Source of the DNA: a virus
Taxonomy: Duplodnaviria > Caudoviricetes
Reading direction: 5' to 3' (one strand)
Virus record (IMG/VR): IMGVR_UViG_3300025924_000017
Coordinates: 128,001 to 192,000 of that record
Length of the DNA stretch: 64,000 nt
Below, in pieces: positions 17,945 through 27,601 of the stretch (position 1 is the first letter of the stretch; every line of letters begins with the position of its first letter). The position numbers and the translations under genes are program-made. Below the pieces are notes generated by a model. It was not told where the DNA came from. It saw only the letters and a program-made list of their open reading frames with translations, and did no database searches.

Positions 17945-20092
17945 ATGCGCCACGCTACTAACGCGACCCGGCTAGAGACCGGCGGAGCGGTAGAACAAAC
18001 CGGTTTCAAGATCAACGCGAACGGCAAAGCCTTTCGTATCCTGATCGACGGGCTGTATTCGAACAAGAAAGAGTCCATCGTTCGCGAACTCTCGTCGAAT
18101 GCGTGGGACAGTCACAAGAAGCTCGGAACGACCAAGCCGTTCTTCGTCCACTGCCCAACACCGTTCCGGCCCGAATTCTTCGTCCGCGACTACGGCGTTG
18201 GCATGACCCACGCTACGGTCATGGACCTCTATTCGACGCTGTTCGCCTCGGACAAAGATGAGACTGATGATCTTGTCGGGATGTTCGGGCTCGGCTCGAA
18301 GTCGCCTTTCGCCTACACCGACCAATTCTGCGTTTCCTGCTACGACGGGGTCAACGTCCGCCATTACGGCGCCGGTATCGGCGAAGGCGGTGTGCCCCAG
18401 ATCATCCTCATGTCCACCGAGCCGTGTAACGAGCCGTTGGGCGTGCGTGTCTCCTTCGCGGTCGAGAGCAAGGACTTCGACGACTTCGAGAAGGCGATCA
18501 ACCGCGTATCCTTGGCCTTCGATCCCCTGTTCGAGACGAACAAGAAGCTCACCAGCGAGCTAGGCTTTGCCGAAATCTCCGGCGACGGCTGGCAGGCTTA
18601 TCGTGGCGGCAATCTGCCCAGCGAATTCAATGTCCGACAGGGTTGCGTCATCTACCCGCTCGAAGGCGTCGGCGGCATCAAGCTGCCGTCCACGTATAGC
18701 TACGGCGACAAAGCAGGACGGAAATACCTGTTCGAGTGTCCAATCGGGACCGTCGAAGTCACCTCGTCGCGGGAGAAGATCGCCTATTCGACCAAGGTGG
18801 TCGATTATCTGAAGGGACGGCTCGCCAAGTTCCTCAAGGAATACCCGACGCTGATCGCGGAAAAAGCGAAGCACATCGAGAACGTCCACGACTATTTCAA
18901 GATGATCGAAGGGCTGAAGCCGTCTTTCGTCAAGGACGGCTACGCCCACCCGGAGACAGGCCTGACAAGCGAAACGATCAAGATCGAATCGCCAGCCTGC
19001 ATCATGAACGTCGGCTACTCGTCGAGCGGGAACCGCTGGGAATACTCGACCGAAAAGCAGGTCGAGGCACGCCCGGCGGATGCTGCGAAAGACTTCGTCA
19101 TCGAAATCAAGGACATCACACTGCTGCTCGACGTGGCGCGTGATCCGAAGTCCGCGCTGAATGAACGCGAGCATCGGCGCGTCAGTCGTCTGCTGCGTGC
19201 CTACGTCGAAGCCCACATGCCCACGGCGATGGTGACGTTCTGGCTCGGCCTCAAATGGACGGATCGCTTCATCGAAATCTGCCTGCCGAACATTGAGCGC
19301 AAAACGCTCACGGTGAAGGACCTCTTCAATATAGTCCCCGGCCGCCGGGGAGAACGGCCTGCGGAGCAAATTCGCGGCGTCGCGATGATCAAAGGCGACT
19401 CCAACGAACAACGCCCGGTCACAAGCCTCGAAGGTACGCCCAAAGAATGCGCATGGGTGATGGCCGATCACTTCCGCGCACACCAGCGCGGATTACGAGC
19501 GCTTGCGACCTATTTCGGCGTCACGGAGTTCTATGTCGCTTCGAGCAACGCCGTGAAGCAGTTGAAGGAATCGCATATCCCGTCGTTACAGGAACACATC
19601 GATGCGTACCTGCGTGAGAACTACAAGATCGGCTGGAGCGATTGGGTTGCGCTTCACAACGCGTGCAATCGGCTGACCTACAACTCCAGAAACATTTTCA
19701 ACTTCGTGAAAGTGCTGGAGGAAAACTCCCCTGACCAGTTCAAGAGACTGACCGCGTCGAAGACCTTCATCGCCGTTTTGGTAAAGGCGTTGGCGCCGTT
19801 TGTCCGCAACGGCCTCGTACCTTTCAACAGGCTTTCCAACTTGGAGTCCGTTATCGAACTGTTGAACAAGCGAGCCGTCAAACAGCCGCTTGAGCCTCAT
19901 ACGCAGAACCTCGTGAAATGCACTGAGGTCTATGCCGCCCACGACGGCAGCCCGCAGTTCTGCTTTCTTCACGCGCTGACCGACCGCACGGAGTATTCGG
20001 TCAAGCAGATGAAACTCGCCGTCACCGCGCTGATCGCCGCGTTCACAACCATCCCCGTCACCGAAAAATCCAAAAAGTGGAAGGACCTTTAG
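17945..20092 (+). CDS. rIIA: RIIA-like protein (GHKL ATPase domain)
   Basis: AFRILIDGLYSNKKESIVRELSSNAWDSH...GMFGLGSKSPFAYTD; upstream of rIIB. Confidence 0.85.
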   Translation: MRHATNATRLETGGAVEQTGFKINANGKAFRILIDGLYSNKKESIVRELSSNAWDSHKKLGTTKPFFVHCPTPFRPEFFVRDYGVGMTHATVMDLYSTLFASDKDETDDLVGMFGLGSKSPFAYTDQFCVSCYDGVNVRHYGAGIGEGGVPQIILMSTEPCNEPLGVRVSFAVESKDFDDFEKAINRVSLAFDPLFETNKKLTSELGFAEISGDGWQAYRGGNLPSEFNVRQGCVIYPLEGVGGIKLPSTYSYGDKAGRKYLFECPIGTVEVTSSREKIAYSTKVVDYLKGRLAKFLKEYPTLIAEKAKHIENVHDYFKMIEGLKPSFVKDGYAHPETGLTSETIKIESPACIMNVGYSSSGNRWEYSTEKQVEARPADAAKDFVIEIKDITLLLDVARDPKSALNEREHRRVSRLLRAYVEAHMPTAMVTFWLGLKWTDRFIEICLPNIERKTLTVKDLFNIVPGRRGERPAEQIRGVAMIKGDSNEQRPVTSLEGTPKECAWVMADHFRAHQRGLRALATYFGVTEFYVASSNAVKQLKESHIPSLQEHIDAYLRENYKIGWSDWVALHNACNRLTYNSRNIFNFVKVLEENSPDQFKRLTASKTFIAVLVKALAPFVRNGLVPFNRLSNLESVIELLNKRAVKQPLEPHTQNLVKCTEVYAAHDGSPQFCFLHALTDRTEYSVKQMKLAVTALIAAFTTIPVTEKSKKWKDL

Positions 20093-21507
20093 TTCCCGTG
20101 CCCAACCCCATCCAAGTTGCATACATCGCCACCGATCATTCCATCAGCGTCACGTTGAACGGCCGCTTCCGCTGCCTGAAACTCAATACCGAACAGGGCA
20201 CGAAGCTGCACGAAGCCTGCAAGAAGCGCCCGCAGGACATCGACGAGATCGCAATGCTGGCGGACGTGACGCTCTTCATCGCCAAGCACACCTTCGGCCG
20301 CGTTCAGGTCGATGAGAACGATCAGCTTCGCCTCGACGGCAAGGTGATCGACTACGGGCTTTCCTCGATCATCCTGCGGATGGTCAACGAGGGCGACGAT
20401 GTCTCGCATCTTGTGCGGTTCGTCGAGAACGTGGCGGAAAACCCGGACCCCGAGATCGCCGAGCACGTCTATTCGTTCCTCCACAAGGGCCTGATGCCGA
20501 TCACGCCGGACGGCTGTTTCCACGCGTTCAAGAAGGTGGACAACGACTACAAATCTTTTGCGTGTGGGAGCGAAAACGTGGAAGTCACAGTCTGGGAGGA
20601 CGACATCCTCCAAGGCGGCTTCCAGCATACCTTTGTGACCCTCGGCCACATCCCATATCCGGTCGGCGGCACTCTCACGATGGACCGTACTCTTTGTGAT
20701 CCGAAGCGCAATAAGACCTGTTCGGTCGGCCTTCACGCCTGCTCGCCCGGCTACCTGAATCACTGGTACGGCATGCAGGGGCGTCTCCTGATCGTGAAGA
20801 TCAATCCCCGCGACGTGACGGCGGTCCCGAACGACTACAACGATGCCAAGCTCCGCTGCTGTCGTCTCGAAGTGCTCGCCGAAATCCCTGAAGAAGATGC
20901 CGTGACGCACTTCGACCGTGCCGTGGAGCATCGCTACACGCCCGGCTGGGAGGATCGGAAGATCGAAGAGCCGAAGCCCACGCTGACGATCCACGGCGAG
21001 ACCTACCCGGTGGAGGAAATTACGCTAACCACCGGCAACACGTTGTGCCCCACGCCACCACTGCCGCCCACGATGATCACGGGCGAGATTATCCCGAACC
21101 TCAGCATCGCGCCGCCCGAGACGCTGGATCAGGTGATGCAGATCGCTGTGGAAGACGGGCACACCGATGCCTCGCTGGATGGCGAATTCTGGTGCGATCC
21201 GCTGACCGGCGACTCCTACAGGTGGATTCCGAAAGGCTTCCGCGAAGCGTACTGCATGATGTACTCCGCCGCCTATTGCGACGGCTTCGTGCTCGAAGAT
21301 CACACGCCTCGCGCATACCGGCGCGGCGTCAAAGACGGCAAGACACAGGCCCGCGCGGATGTGGGTAACGATACGTTCTTCCGGATAGACCCGGGCCTCG
21401 GCCTTCATTGGCTCCAGTGGGGCAAAGCAGAAGCGTGCGACGCGGATGCCTACTGCAAGGGCTTCTACGAAGGCTACTTCGAAATTCTGGACGCGCTCTT
21501 GGACTGA
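20077..21507 (+). CDS. rIIB: RIIB-like protein with C-terminal extension
   Basis: ITPDGCFHAFKKV, CSVGLHAC, VKINPRDVTAVPNDYNDAKLRCC. Confidence 0.85.
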   Translation: MEGPLVPVPNPIQVAYIATDHSISVTLNGRFRCLKLNTEQGTKLHEACKKRPQDIDEIAMLADVTLFIAKHTFGRVQVDENDQLRLDGKVIDYGLSSIILRMVNEGDDVSHLVRFVENVAENPDPEIAEHVYSFLHKGLMPITPDGCFHAFKKVDNDYKSFACGSENVEVTVWEDDILQGGFQHTFVTLGHIPYPVGGTLTMDRTLCDPKRNKTCSVGLHACSPGYLNHWYGMQGRLLIVKINPRDVTAVPNDYNDAKLRCCRLEVLAEIPEEDAVTHFDRAVEHRYTPGWEDRKIEEPKPTLTIHGETYPVEEITLTTGNTLCPTPPLPPTMITGEIIPNLSIAPPETLDQVMQIAVEDGHTDASLDGEFWCDPLTGDSYRWIPKGFREAYCMMYSAAYCDGFVLEDHTPRAYRRGVKDGKTQARADVGNDTFFRIDPGLGLHWLQWGKAEACDADAYCKGFYEGYFEILDALLD

Positions 21508-21947
21508 TGCCTGTCCTGTTTCAGAAGGTCTATTACCGAGAAGATGCCCGGCGTAACCCCGACGTTCTTTACGTCTTCGGGGACAACGTCCGGCGCATCG
21601 GTCTCGGCGGGCAGGCGAAGGAGATGCGTCATGAGCCGAACGCAATCGGCGTAGCGACGCTCTATGCGCCCGGCGATTACTTCGGCAGCGACAGGGCTGA
21701 AGTGGTGGCTCAGAACCGCATCGTGGATCAGGACATGAAGCCTCTGTTCGCCCAGCTTGTCAGGGGCGGCATCGTGGTCTGGCCTACGGACGGGATCGGA
21801 ACCGGGCTCGCCAATCTGGAGACTTATGCCCCCGACACTTTCCAGCATGTCCGTGAGAAGCTCGCCGCGTTGATCCGTGTCGGCAAGTTGTTCGACAGAG
21901 GCCGCGTCGAGGAAGCGAAGAGCGAAGCGGCGCCGCACCTCTCATGA
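21507..21947 (+). CDS. Conserved phage protein (VFGDN...GGQA...PNAIG motif)
   Basis: NPDVLYVFGDNVRRIGLGGQAKEMRHEPNAIGVAT. Confidence 0.6.
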   Translation: MPVLFQKVYYREDARRNPDVLYVFGDNVRRIGLGGQAKEMRHEPNAIGVATLYAPGDYFGSDRAEVVAQNRIVDQDMKPLFAQLVRGGIVVWPTDGIGTGLANLETYAPDTFQHVREKLAALIRVGKLFDRGRVEEAKSEAAPHLS

Positions 21948-22138
21948 TCCCCGGTCTGAAAGTCGGCCATCAGATCATCACGCCGCAGTGCCGTATCAAT
22001 CGTGGTGCGACGCCCGCTTTTCTCGAAGCGGCGCGGCGCCTGCAAGAAGCCTATGACGAATACGCGCGCGATCCGTGCAACGCGAATGTCAAATGGCATC
22101 TCGTAATGATCAGGGACGATCCGGCCGACGCAGCCTAG
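21944..22138 (+). CDS. Hypothetical protein
   Basis: 64 aa coupled ORF. Confidence 0.55.
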   Translation: MIPGLKVGHQIITPQCRINRGATPAFLEAARRLQEAYDEYARDPCNANVKWHLVMIRDDPADAA

Positions 22139-22836
22139 GCGACAATCTGGCCGAAGAAGTTGACACCGAGCTTTTCTTCGAGCCCATGCGGTAGGAACGG
22201 GTTGTAGACGCGGGGATTGGTCCCCCGTTTCCAGCATCCGGCGAGCCATTCCTTGAGAGGGACTTCCTCGCGATAGCGTAAAACTTCGACGCCGAGTTCG
22301 TTGGTCGCTACCACGGTTTCGAAGTCCTGATATGTGCAGCCGCAGGAGTGCTCAGGCTCACCAACCGGGCGCACTTCGGCTTTGACGCCGTAATGCTCGG
22401 CCTTCGCTGCGAAGTCGAGAGCATCGCCGCGAGCATATTTCATCGCGCCGTAGCCCTGTGTATGATGCTTGGACCCATGCACGAAATACCCCCGGATCAT
22501 TTCCGGGCTCGCCGGAATGTCCGTCACGGCGGCGAGCGCCCGTAATTCGGTCTTGAACCGCCCGATCTCAGCGTTGCGGGCGTCGATCATCGCCTCAGCC
22601 TCCACCTTGTAGGGCTCGTGGAAGGCGGCGAAATCCGGGTGACCTGCGACCTTTGAGAGGTCGAATTTCTTGCGCGGGAACCGGGGTTTCCAGAAAACCT
22701 TCAGGTCTTCATTGTAGCGATCCCGGTAGGCCACGATTTCGGCCCAACTGGACTGCTCGAATGCTGCGAGCGCAGCCAATACCTCGGCGAATTTTTCGGA
22801 CACTTGCGGTTCCATCTTGTTTCGAGTAAACGCCAC
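22135..22836 (-). CDS. Hypothetical protein, lone minus-strand gene
   Basis: 233 aa ORF with its own TTGACA-17-TATGTG promoter at the divergent region. Confidence 0.6.
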   Translation of the reverse strand: MAFTRNKMEPQVSEKFAEVLAALAAFEQSSWAEIVAYRDRYNEDLKVFWKPRFPRKKFDLSKVAGHPDFAAFHEPYKVEAEAMIDARNAEIGRFKTELRALAAVTDIPASPEMIRGYFVHGSKHHTQGYGAMKYARGDALDFAAKAEHYGVKAEVRPVGEPEHSCGCTYQDFETVVATNELGVEVLRYREEVPLKEWLAGCWKRGTNPRVYNPFLPHGLEEKLGVNFFGQIVA

Positions 22837-22934
22837 ATATCACGGCACATATCGTCTGTCAAGTGTTGACGACTAGCCCTTCAAGTTCTGCTATTGACAC
22901 AGTGACGTCGTTCGTGACAGTGTCGCCGCCAACA

Positions 22935-23123
22935 ATGACAAAGCGCAAACCCAAGCTCTCAACCGACGACGAGACGTTCGTGAAGATCGTCCGTGCCGCG
23001 ACCATCATTGGCGACGGCCGCGCCCGGCACATCCGGAATTACAAGCGCTTGGTTACCATCATCGACAAACTGACGCCGAAGCCGATTTCTTTTGGCGCAC
23101 CGAAAGGCCGTGTCAAATGCTGA
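22935..23123 (+). CDS. Small hypothetical protein
   Basis: MTKRKPK start downstream of a promoter. Confidence 0.5.
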   Translation: MTKRKPKLSTDDETFVKIVRAATIIGDGRARHIRNYKRLVTIIDKLTPKPISFGAPKGRVKC

Positions 23124-23662
23124 TCACTGTCGATGTCGAAAGCGATGGCCCGGCGCCGGGCATCTATTCGATGGTGAGCTTCGGCGCTGTCATCGTCGAG
23201 CCGACATTATCGCATAAGTTCCGCGCGGAGACTGCGCCGATCTCGGGCCTCTGGATACCAAAATCATTGGCAATCTCGGGTGTTACCCGGGAAGAGCATG
23301 AAAAATTTCCACACCCTTCAACAGTGATGCCAACATTCAAGCGGTGGCTTGAGAGTAAGCTACGCATCTTCGACGTTGAACGCTTCGTCATGATCTCGGA
23401 CAATCCGGCGTTCGATCATGCCTTCATCAACTGGTACGGCTGGAAATTCTGCGGCAAGGACCTCCTCGGGCACTCAGGCCGCCGCATCAACGATCTCTTC
23501 GCAGGCTCGCAGAACAACGCAAGCGCGACGCAGGGCTGGAAGAAATTCCGCAAGACGCCGCACAATCACGATCCGCTCGACGACGCCATGGGCATGGCTG
23601 AGGCACTCCTCGGCATGAAAGAAAGCGGCATGCGGTTTTCCATGATCCCGGAGACTGCGTGA
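23117..23662 (+). CDS. DEDD 3'-5' exonuclease, Rv2179c-like (second copy)
   Basis: TVDVESDG...NPAFDHAF...HDPLDDA. Confidence 0.75.
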   Translation: MLITVDVESDGPAPGIYSMVSFGAVIVEPTLSHKFRAETAPISGLWIPKSLAISGVTREEHEKFPHPSTVMPTFKRWLESKLRIFDVERFVMISDNPAFDHAFINWYGWKFCGKDLLGHSGRRINDLFAGSQNNASATQGWKKFRKTPHNHDPLDDAMGMAEALLGMKESGMRFSMIPETA

Positions 23663-23868
23663 TGCGGAAAATCATTCAGGGTGTCGGGGCCGCGCTACTT
23701 GGTATCTTCGTCGTTCAGCTTATCGTCACATGCTGCTTGGCGTTGGACCAGAAGAGCGTTCATTGCCCGCCGGGCTCGAAGCGGGAGTTCGGGCAATATA
23801 TCGGCGTGGTCTGCGTCGTCCCGCCGCTCAAAGAACCCACCTACAACAAGGTAACAGCGCCGCAATGA
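23659..23868 (+). CDS. Small membrane or secreted protein
   Basis: N-terminal hydrophobic helix. Confidence 0.5.
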   Translation: MMRKIIQGVGAALLGIFVVQLIVTCCLALDQKSVHCPPGSKREFGQYIGVVCVVPPLKEPTYNKVTAPQ

Positions 23869-24029
23869 CATTCGAGCGCGGGCGCTTCGAGTTCATCCTG
23901 AAATCACAACGCCAAGACGACCCCGATCCAGATGCGAAGCCGATCAAAGAGCTTTCAGACGACGAGCTTATTGCGGAAGTCGATCATCGGTTCGGGAAGA
24001 ACTGGGCACGACATGCGGAGTGGAAGTAA
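23865..24029 (+). CDS. Small hypothetical protein
   Basis: MTFERGRFEF; coupled at both ends. Confidence 0.5.
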   Translation: MTFERGRFEFILKSQRQDDPDPDAKPIKELSDDELIAEVDHRFGKNWARHAEWK

Positions 24030-24292
24030 TGCGTAAACGTTCCTACTTTCTGATCGGCAACTCGCTTCTCGCAGCATTCGTCTGCGGGTTCACGATCTCG
24101 ACGGGCTCGAAGGCCCAGTCGGTCCCTCCACCCACGCGCTGTGACGCACCATCAGCAGCGCAGGAACCGGCACCAGCCCAACCACCACATCCGAAGTTCG
24201 TCTTCGGATCGATGATCTGGGCGCCGGTCGCGCCGGGCTCGTCTCAGTATCACTGGTGCGACCCGAGCAAGTCGAAGGATTGCGTCGAATGA
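24029..24292 (+). CDS. Small secreted or membrane protein
   Basis: Signal-like N-terminus, Pro-rich linker, Cys pair. Confidence 0.5.
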   Translation: MRKRSYFLIGNSLLAAFVCGFTISTGSKAQSVPPPTRCDAPSAAQEPAPAQPPHPKFVFGSMIWAPVAPGSSQYHWCDPSKSKDCVE

Positions 24293-24486
24293 AAAAGTTT
24301 TTCGCAGGATTTTTCACCTGCTACCTGTTCGCCGGTTACGCGATTGGCGGCGCGCTCGCCCACTTCGTCCCCGCGACCAACTTCATCGGCGTCACCTACA
24401 TCGCGGCGATTTGGCCTTATTGGGTCATCGCGCCGGTGTTTGGCTTCGATCCGCCGGTGCCACCCGCATCGTTCACGTTCAACTAG
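24289..24486 (+). CDS. Small membrane protein
   Basis: Two hydrophobic segments. Confidence 0.55.
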   Translation: MKKFFAGFFTCYLFAGYAIGGALAHFVPATNFIGVTYIAAIWPYWVIAPVFGFDPPVPPASFTFN

Positions 24487-24498
24487 TACGAGGAATTC

Positions 24499-25002
24499 AT
24501 GAAAAAAGAAATCAAACTCGGGATGACGGTCCGTGACAAAGTCACGGGACTGAAGGGCACAGCTTCACTGTTCGCTGAGTTGCTAAGCGGCACGCGGCAG
24601 ATCGCAATCCAGCCGAGTGGTAAGGGCACCGATTATCCGGAAGGTCGTTATATCGACGACCATCTGATCGAATACATTGACGATGGCGTGAGTCGAATCG
24701 TGCCGCCCATCGACAACTCCGTCACAATCAGGCTGGGGCAGAAAGTCCGCGACATCGTTTCCGGATTCGAAGGTATCGCCGTCGAGAAGCTCATTTACCA
24801 GAACGGCTGCGTGCATTTCACTGTCCAGCCGAAGGGGAAGATGAAGGAAGAGATTCCGGAATCCATCAGCCTCGATCACAAGCGACTCGAAGTCGCGGGC
24901 GTCGGCATTCTCCCCAAGATCGCGAAGGCAAAACCAAGGCGGAACACCAAAAAGCCACCGGGTGGCCCGTCACGTTCCATGAACAGCATTAGGACGGCAT
25001 AA
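24499..25002 (+). CDS. Hypothetical protein with internal tandem domain duplication
   Basis: LGMTVRDKVTGLKG...IQP and LGQKVRDIVSGFEG...VQP. Confidence 0.65.
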   Translation: MKKEIKLGMTVRDKVTGLKGTASLFAELLSGTRQIAIQPSGKGTDYPEGRYIDDHLIEYIDDGVSRIVPPIDNSVTIRLGQKVRDIVSGFEGIAVEKLIYQNGCVHFTVQPKGKMKEEIPESISLDHKRLEVAGVGILPKIAKAKPRRNTKKPPGGPSRSMNSIRTA

Positions 25003-25005
25003 GCC

Positions 25006-25437
25006 ATGGGCCTCTCCACCGATCTCGGACATCACGTCTTCCGCCACGACACGCCGTGGATAATCAGCGGAAATTCGCAAATCCCGCAGTTGACGCCCAT
25101 CCAAAAAGCGGCCGTCGTGCCGTGGGATATCAAACGGCTCAAGAGCTTTCTCTTGATCCTCCAAAAAGCACAGGCGACGGAGCAGCAAGTTGCTGGCGTG
25201 TCGTACCCTGCCGATCCAATCGACTACGTCAAACTGTTCGAGGAGCGCATCGCCTACCTCGAACGCGAGGAGGATCGCACCAACCGCATCGCGAGGCTGG
25301 GTGGCGCGCTGTACCACGAGTTCGGTGAAAATGCGCCTGCCGGAAAAGGTGGTCGTGATTATTGGGAGGCTGTAGCCACCAAAGCCTTCAAGGAGACGGA
25401 AGAGATGACCGCCCTTTTGGGTCCGCTGAAGACATGA
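25006..25437 (+). CDS. Hypothetical protein
   Basis: 143 aa ORF. Confidence 0.55.
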   Translation: MGLSTDLGHHVFRHDTPWIISGNSQIPQLTPIQKAAVVPWDIKRLKSFLLILQKAQATEQQVAGVSYPADPIDYVKLFEERIAYLEREEDRTNRIARLGGALYHEFGENAPAGKGGRDYWEAVATKAFKETEEMTALLGPLKT

Positions 25438-25688
25438 AGCGGGAACCGCACACGCCTGCGCCTCCACCGACTTTGCGAACCCCGGGGAATGATATGCCTC
25501 GTGTTCTTCTGGCGTTCGACGGCGAGAAGTGGCGCTGGTATTCCATCAGCCTTATTGAGCACGCAAGTTACGCCGATGTCTTCAACTGCTGCGAAGTTCT
25601 GGCCGATGCCACCCCAAGCGACTGCGTCAAGCTGTTCGAAGAGCGCATTGCCCTAGAAGCCGCCGAGTTGGAGCCACTGAAGAAATGA
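25434..25688 (+). CDS. Hypothetical protein
   Basis: Start MKREPH overlapping the upstream stop. Confidence 0.5.
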   Translation: MKREPHTPAPPPTLRTPGNDMPRVLLAFDGEKWRWYSISLIEHASYADVFNCCEVLADATPSDCVKLFEERIALEAAELEPLKK

Positions 25689-25915
25689 AGCAGGACCCGC
25701 ACATCGTCCTCGGCGGCGAGATCGTCGATGTCAACGGCGATGATGTCGAATTCGCCGATCTGACGAAAGTCGATCTCGTCGGCATCTACCCGAGCTATGA
25801 GGCCGCGCTGCCTGTCTGGCGCGGCAAGGCGCAGTTCACCGTAGACAACGCGCATATGCGGTACTTCGTACTGCCGGTGCGGAAGCTGTTGGAGCCGAAG
25901 CATGGAGTGGGATGA
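25685..25915 (+). CDS. DUF4170 family protein (alphaproteobacterial host-like)
   Basis: HIVLGGE...F.DL...D.VG.YP.Y..A...W..KAQ.TVDNAHMRYF. Confidence 0.8.
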   Translation: MKQDPHIVLGGEIVDVNGDDVEFADLTKVDLVGIYPSYEAALPVWRGKAQFTVDNAHMRYFVLPVRKLLEPKHGVG

Positions 25916-26016
25916 TCGCTGCCCATGCTGTAACCCCAAAGTTGCCGCATGGTTGGAAGAACTGCGGCAGAAAGAGATCGAGCGTCTTACCGGCAAAAAG
26001 GCGCCCAAGGATGTCG

Positions 26017-26241
26017 ATGAGCGATGAACGCCTGACAGCAGCCGAACCCGTCCAGCGCGACGACGGCCGCTATTACATCCCGATCTGCACGACTCATCCT
26101 CGGCAAGGCAAGTCGGAAGTCGTCATGCGCGTTGCCAGCGACGCTTTTCACACAATGCGGGAAGCCGAGCAATTCGCCGATGAGATCGTCGGCATCGTCA
26201 ACGCGCATCTGGCGAACTATGGAGGATGGTTGTTGCCATGA
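26017..26241 (+). CDS. Hypothetical protein
   Basis: MSDERLT start. Confidence 0.5.
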   Translation: MSDERLTAAEPVQRDDGRYYIPICTTHPRQGKSEVVMRVASDAFHTMREAEQFADEIVGIVNAHLANYGGWLLP

Positions 26242-26789
26242 ACATCGTGCTTCTCATGGAAGTCACCGGCGTGCTCTTCAGCATCGTCGGCACCACGCTG
26301 CTCGCGCTGAACATCCCGATCTCGCGCTGGGCATACCTCGTCATGCTGGGCGGCTCGGTCACGATGACCATTGTATCCGTCAAGATACACAATATCCCGG
26401 AGGTCGGGCTCTGGGGCTACTACACCGCCGTAAATCTGCTCGGCATTTGGCGCTGGATCGTGAAGAACGAAACTGCGGAGAATGAGTCAGCTTTTATCGC
26501 GGTGATCGAGGACCTGCTCGATGAACTGGCGGGTACCAAGGCTGCCCTCTCTTGCAAGACGGCTGTGGCGGGATCGCTGCATGAGCAGTTGATGAAGACG
26601 GACGTCGATCTCGCGCATTACCGCGATCTCGAACTCCCGCTTCGCACCAACAGCTACGAAGTCGAGCAGAAGAAACGCCTGCGTGCCTATGCAGCGCTTC
26701 GGACCATCGCCGCAAAGGGCGATGACGCGATGACCGACATCACCGCAATCAAGAAACTCGCCGAAGACACATTGAGGATTATTCCGTGA
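26238..26789 (+). CDS. PnuC-like three-TM membrane domain fused to a soluble helical domain
   Basis: TGVLFSIVGTTLLALN...WAYLVM...YYTAVNLLGIWRW. Confidence 0.5.
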   Translation: MNIVLLMEVTGVLFSIVGTTLLALNIPISRWAYLVMLGGSVTMTIVSVKIHNIPEVGLWGYYTAVNLLGIWRWIVKNETAENESAFIAVIEDLLDELAGTKAALSCKTAVAGSLHEQLMKTDVDLAHYRDLELPLRTNSYEVEQKKRLRAYAALRTIAAKGDDAMTDITAIKKLAEDTLRIIP

Positions 26790-26983
26790 CCACACCGCAA
26801 GAGCACGCAAACAAGATCGGCGCTCTCTGCACCGAACTGAATCGAGCAATGACGCGCGCATCGAATGACGGGTTGCGTGTTGAGGTCCGGACAAACGTTC
26901 GCGAGTGCATCGGCTATGAACCCGTACCGACCCTCGTGATCAAAGCATTGCTACCGCTAGACCCTACGGAGAACATCGCCTGA
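26786..26983 (+). CDS. Hypothetical protein
   Basis: 65 aa coupled ORF; resembles 30415-30669. Confidence 0.5.
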   Translation: MTTPQEHANKIGALCTELNRAMTRASNDGLRVEVRTNVRECIGYEPVPTLVIKALLPLDPTENIA

Positions 26984-27471
26984 TGTGTGACGAAGACGAC
27001 GATATCCCTGAGCCCATCGACGGCTCCCGGTTCTATATCATCCACGGCATGATTCACGACCGAAAGACCGGCCGTCATGTCACGACTGCCCCCGACGAAG
27101 ATATCTTCATGGGGATGACGGTTACCGAGACCTGTCAACTTCTGAACAATCTCGCGGACCAACCGGGCATCGAAGATTACAAGAAGTGGGCTGAACAGAA
27201 TGCCCATCATGTGAAGCGCTTGGACATCGCCCTCAATGGCGAGGCGGGCGCCGCGCAGGCGCCACTTATCATCGACATCCTGAGTCAGGTGGAAGACCTG
27301 CGACGCAAGAACGGAGGCCAACCACTTCTGTTGGCGCCGCCCTTCAAACAAGCGCATGTTACCATCGTCGGCGGCGAAGTGACCGGCGTGTTCTTCGACA
27401 AGGTGGCAGCAAAACGCGATACAGGGGAACGTGCAGGCACAGGGATCATCACAGTCGGGGTGAAAGGCTGA
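26983..27471 (+). CDS. Hypothetical protein
   Basis: 162 aa coupled ORF. Confidence 0.55.
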   Translation: MCDEDDDIPEPIDGSRFYIIHGMIHDRKTGRHVTTAPDEDIFMGMTVTETCQLLNNLADQPGIEDYKKWAEQNAHHVKRLDIALNGEAGAAQAPLIIDILSQVEDLRRKNGGQPLLLAPPFKQAHVTIVGGEVTGVFFDKVAAKRDTGERAGTGIITVGVKG

Positions 27472-27601
27472 TGTGCGCACGCTGCCCCAACACCCAATAC
27501 CCTGAAGATCAGCGTGGTCCGTTCGTATTCATGACAGTCGCCTTCTTCGCCCTCGCCCTGATTGTCTTCGGCGCTCCATTCGCATTGGTGCTGCTGTCGT
27601 A

